Source of the DNA: Blepharisma stoltei ATCC 30299
Lineage: Eukaryota; Protista; Ciliophora
NCBI GenBank assembly: GCA_965603825.1
Contig: CBFDEM010000047.1
Coordinates: 783,310 to 847,309 of the forward strand
Reading direction: 5' to 3'
Length of the DNA stretch: 64,000 nucleotides
Part shown: positions 52,276-61,796 of the stretch, piece by piece
Position numbering within the stretch: position 1 is the stretch's first letter
Layout of the letters: each line of letters starts with the position of its first letter
Position numbers and translations under genes: made by a program
The notes under the pieces: generated by a model
What the model was told of the DNA's origin: nothing
The model's input: only the letters and a program-made list of their open reading frames with translations
Databases searched by the model: none

Positions 52276-52875
52276 TTACTGAACTTTCGCAGCTGCAGCT
52301 TTTTTTATCTCTTTAATCCTCTGCAGCAGCGCTTGAATATCATGGAATATTTTCTTCAAGAAAATATTAGTCTGGAGCATATATTCCCCATAGCTTTCCT
52401 TTGTCTCATACTCAACTCTTGCTCCAGCAATAACTTGGTCAATCTGGCCATCATAATTTTCAAGGACACTTCCAAAGGCAGCCAATCTTTCTTTATAGGC
52501 TGCAAATTCTTCAAGAACTGTATTCAACCTATTGTTTCCTTCAGCTAAAGCAGTATCTCGTTTTTCTTGGTCTTTTAATTGGTGAGCTCTGACTTTGGCT
52601 TCAATTGAAGGTAATACCTGAGATGCAACCTTTTTGAACTCTTGAAGAGTTTGGCGGGCATTTAAGGTAAGCTGATACTGAGGATCGTCAGGGATTACCT
52701 CATGGGTTGGCTGAGATGGGAATTCTTCAGGCATGGAATCGGGAACTCTGTGCCCGCCTATTGGAACAGGTCGTTGGTCACCGCCGTGGTAGTCTTCACT
52801 ATTGGGGTCAAATTGAGATCTGAATTTAGTATTGGATTCGAGCATGTCTCCGATATATTGAGCGTCACGGTCCAT
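52276..52875 (-). CDS. Hypothetical protein (199 aa) with helical/coiled-coil C-terminal half
   Basis: Clean ATG-to-TAA ORF with coding-like composition; no recognised domain. Confidence 0.75.
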   Translation of the reverse strand: MDRDAQYIGDMLESNTKFRSQFDPNSEDYHGGDQRPVPIGGHRVPDSMPEEFPSQPTHEVIPDDPQYQLTLNARQTLQEFKKVASQVLPSIEAKVRAHQLKDQEKRDTALAEGNNRLNTVLEEFAAYKERLAAFGSVLENYDGQIDQVIAGARVEYETKESYGEYMLQTNIFLKKIFHDIQALLQRIKEIKKAAAAKVQ

Positions 52876-54077
52876 TTCAGATCTTAATAGATTTATTATT
52901 ACAATTCAGTTTAATTCAAAAATGGGGTGCACTAAAAAGTTTCAAAAAACCCTAAAATAAAATTTGGGATAAGAAATTTTAAAGATTGCGCATAAACTTA
53001 ACTAAAAACATGAATTTCTTCTTTTTCGAAATAATATGCATTATCTGCCTTTTATATTAGAATATCGATGTAAGTACTTAGCAGAAAATAATTAATCGAT
53101 TCGAAATACTTAAATCGATCAAATCTATCTCTGAAATTAAGATCAATCATATCTAATGATGCTATTTTCCCTAAAAAATATAATAATTCCATTTAATTAA
53201 ATTCAAATCTGCAATATCTAGATCTAGTAATGAAATAATTTTTAATTTAGGCTATATAAACTAGGCTGGCTAAATGTAGCTTGGCATCAGCTCTGTTAAA
53301 TTTAAATATTATAATAAAGGCTCAAAGACTAAAAAATGAAACATGTTGAAATAAACACTCGATTTAATTTCTATGATAAAAATCTTTCTAAAAAAACGTA
53401 TCGTGAGTAACTGCAAAATGCATACTTACTATATATTGCTGATTTAAATATAAAATAATTTAATTCAGCTCGAAAATTTGCTAATTAAATACTAATAAAA
53501 AATTAGTAAGCTCATTTTTCATTGCAATCAGAATAAAAATGATAAAAGATTCTGAACTCATCACTGAGAGGGGTAAATTTATTTTTGTTTCTATTATTAT
53601 AGGTAAGTATTTTGAAAACGAAAAAAAATAATTTCTCAAAATTTTTGAATTAGTTGTAATATTTCTTTTTCTAGCTAAGTTGATTTAAGACTGCTCAAAA
53701 TAGCTGAATAAATCTGCATCACTATCTTTTAATATAGTGCTTTGCTAAATTGCTATCATTCTTCGCATGCAAATATTGCTATCTCAAGTTAAAAAATTTA
53801 AAACTTCGACCAAAGTTTTGTAATTTAGTCATGTTTTATATAATATCTGTTTTTTTATATACGTTTATGCATAAACTCTGAATTAAAATCGAAATTTAAC
53901 TAAATAAATTGTAAAATTCAATTCTGGTGATCTTTTATTCCATTTAGCTTTTGAATTTAGGTTACAGATAATTAATCATAACAACAATAAATAATTTCCT
54001 AACTGCGTGGAAACAGCCCATGCAATTTTAATATGCTAAATCTATTTAATATTTTTATCTTTAATTACAGTTTCTGA

Positions 54078-57000
54078 ATGGCATTCTTACTGTTTTTTAT
54101 TGCCTTCCTTGCATTAGGAAGTACTTTGGATTTTTTATTTGTTTTTGACAAAAAAAGCAATTTAAACATCACAAAAATTGAATTTGCCCTTCTCTCAAAG
54201 CTAGGATCAGAAAAAAAAAACTTAGTTTTATGAACAGAAATAGAATCGGCAAGCCAAATCATCCAAAATAGCAGAAGTCAATTGTCAATTTTTGACTTGA
54301 CATCCACAGGCCAGTCCCATTATGCGCTCTCACTAATGGCAAGCACTTACAATCTAGCCCATTTTATTTTTGATGACATGAAGGCAAGCTATTCCCCGTG
54401 GACTTTCTCGTTGAGTCATGAGAAAAGCTTATACACTCAAGCAGTAATAAGCATCCTTGACAAATTTAACTGAACGAAGGGAGTTTTCTTTTTAAGCCAA
54501 GAGAATATTTATTTAGAAAACGCATTAAACAGCCTTTTTCCGAATAATTTGACATTTTTTGTTACACAAAGAGATTCAATGATAGCAGAACTTATAAATA
54601 AAGAAGTTTTTAGGCTAGGCTCTTATCTGTATTTTATGTTTGTAGCACCCGAAACAGCTCAAAAAATAACTAAAAGTTTGAAGCAGGCAAAATTACTTAA
54701 TTATGGAAGTTCAATTCTTATGAACCATGAAAGCAGTTTCAATGTAACTATTGATGGATCATTAATAATAACAGAAAAAGGCCAGGAGAAAACGAGGTCA
54801 TATGAAGAATTTATATCTACTCACATTTATGGCCTCATTAGAATACTGTCCTTTAGCACTAGTTTTGAGGAACAACAATTTGACATAAAGCAAAAAATGG
54901 ACGAACTATGTCCCAGTCATTATTGTACAACTTCATTTAACCTTTTAAATGTAAGAAACGGGTCCAGAATTATAATAAACGATACATCGGCAAGCCATTT
55001 TAATAACATCACGTTTTTAGGCAATAACTCATTAATAATCCCATCGGCTCAAAAAAAAATCATTGAAATATCAATGAATTCTGGAGTGAGCAATCCAACC
55101 GGCATTCCTCCATATACTCACAATACTATTGAGTTCAAAGGAGTTTTTCTTGGGATTTCACTTATAAATGATCAGAAAGAAGGCATTCTGCCTAATTATT
55201 ACCTGCAGGGGAATGAGCTTGACTGCGGAGCAAATTCATTAAACGCGACCTTCCAATTCAACTGCCTTAAGGCCAATATAAATCGTATAGGCCAATTTTT
55301 TATACCTCCAAATAGTACCCCTGTTTTACTAGGATTTATTTCAAATTTTAAGAAATTAAATGTGTCAAAGCCCATAGTCGCCGGAAGAATAGGGTCAAGC
55401 TCTGTATCTTCACCCAAGACTTATCCGTTGTTTGGAAGGGTCAGCTTTGATGCTACTTATTTGGCATCAATGGCAGCCAAAATGTTCTATACTTTAGGGT
55501 GAAAAACTTGTGCTTTGATATATCAAACTGACTCATTTACCCTTGACTGGGTCAAAAGTTTTATTGCCTCAGCTAAAGAGCATGAAGTTGATATTATTAA
55601 TAATCCAGATCTCAGATCTTTCCCTGCTAACACCTTTTATGACACTTTAAAATCAAATTACTCAGCAGTTTTTAAAGAAGCAATTAGTTGCAATGCACGC
55701 CTCATAATATGGGCTGTTTTTTCGAACATTTCTCCAGATGGCATGAAGATGTTCTATGAACTTGGGATGAGAAATGGGGACTTATTGATTTATTATGCGA
55801 TCCCTGGGACTATATCGTCAATCTATGCTCCTGAAACTAGGAATAGGGACATTTTAATAGAAATTAGTACACCTTCAATAGCATTTGAACAGCCCACATA
55901 TATAGGTGATGTCGGGAATATGGTTGCTGATTTATTGGAAACAAGATATGGAATTGATAAAAATGCCCAAATAACGACTCCATGCTTGCTGTTTGATGCT
56001 TTGAATTTAGGAGGATATTCACTTGATTTTATGGTAAATAGAGGTCAAGATTACACCAATGGCACTCTATTGATGTCAACTATTAGAAAACAAAGATTTC
56101 AGGGATGTTCTGGAAATGTTCGAATTGGGGATCAAACTAATAATAGAATTGTTGAGTTCGCAGTTTTGCAGAATGGATATATAGATCCAACCACTGGAAA
56201 AATTCAGATCAGCAATAATGCATATTTTAAGCCAATAGGCACTACCATATTACAAATGTTTAAACCTGTATTGTATCCTGGCAACACAACAATATTTCCT
56301 GGCCAATATCGAGTTGTTGATGGAAAGTGTCCTTTCCCTGATGAGTTAGTTAGAACTTTTGATAAAGGCAGATATTTGGTTTCTGGTATTTGTATTGCAA
56401 TTGGACTCACAACAGGAGTGATTACATTTTATATATGAAGAAAATGGTGGAACATTAAAGTCGAAGGATTAGAAAAAGAGCAAGAAATGTCTGTCCAAGA
56501 TTTTATTATGGCAGCTACTATTGTGATAGAGTTTTTCCAACTTTTAGCTATGGGGCCGGACATAAGTGCAATCAGTTCTTTATTGTCGGATATAGGAATA
56601 GCACTTTCTTTGGACCTAGATAAAATTATAAGCGTCACTCAAGGCGTTTTTTGGATTTTCCTTGATATAATTTTTTTTTTAGTTGCAATATGATTTATTC
56701 TGTCCTTAATTGTCTTACTTAGGATTGATGAAAAGTTTCCCGATTTCCAGCTATTTAGAATTTTAGATTGGTTGGCTAATATCCTGATGCCAATTATAGG
56801 TAATTTAATGTTTATCCCAGTTATATCAGTACTATTAGACGTTTTTGTATGTGACGAATCAATAGGAAGTAATTTTACCGATAGCTTTATGATTAAAGAT
56901 TGCTACCAATTTTGCTGAAAAGGAGATCATATTATATATGCTACAATTTCTTTATTGTGCCTTATCATTTATGAGCCTTTAGCAGTATTTTGTAGGCCAC

Positions 57001-57503
57001 TATGGCAAGAAATAGAGCATCTAGTTCATGTGAAATATACTCCTTCCTACTTAATGGCCAAAACTGTTTTTCAGGTGATTCTTGTCCTTATGAATAAAAC
57101 TGTAAAAAGAGCTCAAGATGTCGCTCATGGAGTTTTGTTTACGGTTGTGGTAGTATTTTTTATAATTTTTAGTTTTTGGCATAAAGCTTATAATTATCCA
57201 AGATTCAGCTGGTGGCTTTCTCTAAGTTTAATTGCTGTGTGCTATACTTCGCTATTAGCAACTATTAATATTGGAGTTTATAATAGCTCAAGTCCTGCTT
57301 GACTAATTATATTAGCTTTTGGATGGGCGGTAATTGGACTCACAGGTATTTTAGTGCAGAGGAAAAAATATCCAAGTATGCTATATAGAAAGAAAGTCAA
57401 GGATACAAGCACGCTATTTAGATTTGCATTTACATTCAGTCGTAAGAGCAATAAAATCACCCCAGAATTTTATTCATCGAATAAAGATAGCATATCTAAA
57501 TAA
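54078..57503 (+). CDS. VFT + multi-TM receptor-like protein, copy 5 (1141 aa, most divergent)
   Basis: Signal peptide MAFLLFFIAFLALG and the same architecture as copies 1-4. All six ORF pieces are in one frame across TGA codons (including C-W-KG at 56916); TAA at 57501-57503. Confidence 0.85.
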
Positions 57504-58419
57504 ATGTAATGAATGCTGTTTATATCTTAAATAAGATTGATTAGTTTTATATGTTGGCATAAACGCTAGCTTTTTATTTCTTATAGAGCAGAGTTTCTTG
57601 AGGGGAAAATTCAGTCACAAGGGGACTTTTAGTTTGATGATAAAGGGCTCAGCAGTGATGAAGATTCATTTTATGGGATAGCTATGATGGAAACAGTTTA
57701 TTTTATGGTTTTTGATCTGGGATTAATTTAAAGAGCTCTTTGCATGGATGGGAAAGCAAGTGTTGAAAATTGAAAGGAGGGAGAAATGAAGCAGAAATTG
57801 ATTGCTCGGAGGGGTTTCGAGAAGGTGAGAAGATGAATTTTAGAGTAGGAGCGAAGTGTTGATGATAATGAACTTATTATGAATACATGCGGAGTTAATC
57901 TATACAGTTTGGGGAATTGAAATAAATAGTGGATCTGCTTAACTAAAAAGTAAATTTTTATTTTCGGAATAGTTGGGCACTATTTGCTACCTTTAATGTA
58001 AAATTATATGTATAAATAACTAACTTCTGACTTTTAAGAGCGACGTTAAAGGGGCTTTATTTTTAATTAAAATTTTCTGGCTTTTTATCATTGAATAAAT
58101 TGATATCATTATAAACTTGCTTCTGTTTTATAGATATGAGTAGTTAGTAAGAACGTAAAAGAAATAATTTCTGGCCTATCGATTTAGTCATAACATTCTT
58201 TTCCAATTTGATTTAAGATTAATTAAAACTTATTAAATTGCTATCAATTACCGGCATGCAAAAACTATTAGTCCGAGCCATAAAGGTGCTTGACTGTTTT
58301 ACCTTGCATAAGAAAAAATAAAAGTGTTTATTTAAGATTTGAGTCTTCAAAATAAATGCCATAAGGGACTATCTCATATGTGCCTCCGTTTATGTACTTA
58401 AGACCGTCAAAGAAAGGAG

Positions 58420-59779
58420 ACAAGAACTTTTCTGTTATAAACTTTTGAGCGCATAGAAGTGGAGAAATTAGAACCTGATCCTTATAATTCGCTGTAATGG
58501 TGTTGGAAGATTATTGATTCAATTTTGGATTATTTTTATGGAATTTCTTGCATTTCTTGTATATTTCATTACTAATCATTTAAGATTATAATAATCAATT
58601 ATAAAATTCAGAGATATAAATACTTGGCTCAAATTTATCCGGTTTTAGTATATGAATAAAAAGCATATTATTACAATGGCAATTTATGCCTTTTTTCAAA
58701 GGGCAGTAATCTTTCTAATACATATCTGCTAACTTTGAACTAAATAGGACTCATACAGCCTATGCTACTTAGTTCCATAAGCCTCTATTCTAACTGACCA
58801 GCCATTCTATCGTGACTATCTGCCTGATTGTAAAGCTTGGAGTATTGAAGAAAAGTAGGGCTTATTTAATCCTGGAAGAATTATCCATTTGAAAAGAGAC
58901 TCTCTTTCATTAAATTCTCATAAAACATCCCATGTTTATATTAATAAGTTTGAATATCTAAATTTATTTAATTGCTCTCCAATTTATTTCGGAATACAAT
59001 CCCAGTTTTTGTGTCCTCTATGTTTATCAGCCCATTTCTTAACTTTGCTAAAATTTCTACAGAAACAAATTTAAACAAATTCTCAATATTCCACCCTGTT
59101 TTAGCTGAAGTTTCTAAATAAATCATTTGGTGATCATTTGCAAAGTTTTGGCCTTCTTCAAATAAAACTTTCCTTTCCCCTATTTTATCAATTTTATTTC
59201 CTACTATAACTCCTACGACCTTTCTAGGAGCAACACGAGTTACATCAGAGACTCAGCCGTCTAGTTGATCAAAGCTTTCTCTATTTGTGATATCATAAAT
59301 AAAGATTGTGGCTGCAACACCTACTCAATAAGCCCTAACAAATGATATAAATGGCTCATTGCCAGAAGTATCCCACAATTGAAGTTTTATTGTTACTCCA
59401 TTAATATTGAAAAGCTTCATTCCAAAGTCAACACCTATCGTCATATCATACATCTCTTTGAATTTATTCTCTGTATATCTAAGAAGGATATTTGATTTTC
59501 CAACTTCGCAATCCCCGATCAAGGCCGCTTTAAATATATAGTCACATGACATTTATGACAAATTTAAAATCGAGAAGAGGAAACAGCTTTTACATTCATA
59601 AACTCATAATCTAGCAAACTGATAGCTTTTAATATAGGAATATATTCCCTTAATGTATTTAGAAGAATGTATTAATACTAACTAGCTCATTTGACTGCAG
59701 AATACTAGTAGCAATTATTGTAAATATTTTTAGGCTTATTTTTTCGTTTTTTCTCTAATCTAATAAATCAGTGCATTTA
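58420..59779 (-). repeat. Right arm of the inverted duplication
   Basis: Reverse complement of ~45966-47306. Confidence 0.85.
58968..59552 (-). CDS. Divergent Rab-family GTPase (194 aa), paralog of 46283..46861
   Basis: GDCEVGKS, TIGVDFG, WDTSGNE, GNKID and ETSAK motifs. TGA=Trp; TAA at 58968. Confidence 0.85.
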
Positions 59780-60088
59780 GACCAAGTTGGAAAATAAAAC
59801 TTCAGACCAGCACTAATTTTGCAATTTAGTCATATCCTGATTTTGTATAGCAAAATAATCGAAAAAATAAATTCAATCTGATGAAATTTTCCTATGTTTC
59901 AAGAGCAAAGGATTTAAAGTCAAGCCTAGGAAGACCTAATGGTTGACCTGATGGTAATTGGACTTATAGGTAAATTAGTCCAAGTGTGAAAAATTTGCTC
60001 TGTTGCAGATGGGGAGTCAAACCAGGGCAACAACCTTTCTAAATGTAGCACGTCTTTGAAATTATTTTGCCAAAATGTAGATAATAAA

Positions 60089-61573
60089 ATGAATACTTTT
60101 TCTTTACAAAGCTCTGCTCCAATCAATTCAAATGAAGCTCAAAATGTCGCTTCCTTCGCACAGAATGGATTTCAAGGATCAATTCCAAAAAGTTCTACTC
60201 TCCCTGAAAGTAAGTTAGAGTCATTTAACTGCTTTGGCAAATTTTCTCAACCTGAAAAAATTCCTTCTCAGCCTCAAACATTTTTCAGCGTGTTTTCTTC
60301 TCAGCAAAATTCAGCACCTTCAGCACCGGAAGGATTTTCTTCTCAACAAAACTCAGCATCTAAGTTACCTTGTAAACCTATTTTTGGCACGCAAAGTTTC
60401 CAGTTTGGATCCCCTAACTCTTTTGTAAATCCCGTTCCCCCAAAAACTCAAACTAATTCTGCCTTGTTTGGGCCTCTACCCCAAACAACACCTCAACCCC
60501 AAACAACACCTCAACAAAATCTAGGAGGTTTCACAAGCCCTCAGCCTCAACATAAAGCCGATAGCAGCTTTCTAAATTTTCCTTCAGCAAGCCTTTTTTC
60601 CCTTGCATCCAATGCAAAATCTTCTTCAGGATTTGAGCGGGAATCAGCAGAGCCGCAGTCAAAGACTAAAGCAAGTGAGGAAGAAGCTAAAATTTTTGTT
60701 AATAAAGACAAAGCACCTCGAAAAAACAAATTGTCTTGCATCGTCTGCTACGAAAAATTCAATACCACAAAAATAATCCCAAAAGTCCTAGTTTGTGGGC
60801 ACTCAATATGCTCTCAATGCCTAGACAAAATGTTCAGATTTAAAAACTCAATCACTTGTCCCTTATGCTCAAGCCAAGAATAGAGGAAAGTGTCACAAAT
60901 TCCAATTAACTATACAGTTTTCGAAATGTGTGAGGAAAATAAAGCAACTGATTTTTGCAGAGAGCACAATAGAGAAATTGGGTTATTTTGCAAAATAGAC
61001 CATCATTTGTTGTGCTTTAATTGTGTTGTTCAGCATTCTGCCCATGAAATTTTATTGCTGAATGATGGATATGTGGAAGAAGTAATTAATAAAAAAAAGG
61101 TGGAAATCAATGAAGCAGAAGGAAAATTCAAGGAAAAAATTGATTTTTGTGAAAAAAATTTAGAAACTATAAAAGGAGATAGAGCAAAGATAGAAGGGCT
61201 GATTGATTTTCATATAAAAGCATATGAAAACGCCCAAAAAGAGCTTATAGAAGTCTTTGGAAGAGCTTCAGATGCTTTGCGAGAAAGTTTTAATAATAAA
61301 TACAAAAGTATATTTGAGAGAAATCAGAAATTAATTGAAAATTACTCTGATTTTACAGCTGAATTCAAGAAAAAGAAAGAAAATCTAGAGAAATTAGCAA
61401 AAGATTTCAATAGTATGACGATTTCTGATAAAATAAATTGCGAGATTTCAAGGTTGGATGAAGAAATGGTTTTCCCTGACATAGAAAACGTCGAAGATAT
61501 AGTGAAAACTTTGGAGGAACCTATAAATTACAAGGGGGAAATCTTAGAGAAATTCAATGAATATTTTAAATAA
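60089..61573 (+). CDS. FG/PQ-rich RING + B-box + coiled-coil (TRIM-like) E3 ligase with in-frame TAG at 60881 (possible pseudogene); start uncertain
   Basis: RING CIVC...VCGHSICSQC...CPLC, B-box FCREHNREIGLFCKIDHHLLCFNCVVQHSAH, then a coiled coil. Both ORFs are in the same frame, separated only by TAG. Confidence 0.7.
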
Positions 61574-61796
61574 TTAATTGGTTTCGAATTAAATAATTAT
61601 AGCTTTAAATATTTACCTGTGCAAAGATTTGATAGTTCATGGTATGAGTTTTATGCATTTCTGTCTAATGCATTCTGAAAATATCAAGATAAGTTCAGAT
61701 TATACTTCTCTAAAAAGCATTTATTTTTCTCGAGAAAGATCTGATATTAAATATTTATCACGGCGAGAGATTCTTATTTTCCTCAAGGCACTGACT

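Noticed and set aside
24235-57503. Treating TGA-interrupted genes as pseudogenes or selenoproteins
   Set aside because: TGA aligns with conserved Trp and with TGG in paralogs, not with Cys, and the frames stay intact.
57585-57930. Purine-rich stretch resembling a coding remnant
   Set aside because: Several TAA/TAG stops in the best frame and no recognisable homology.
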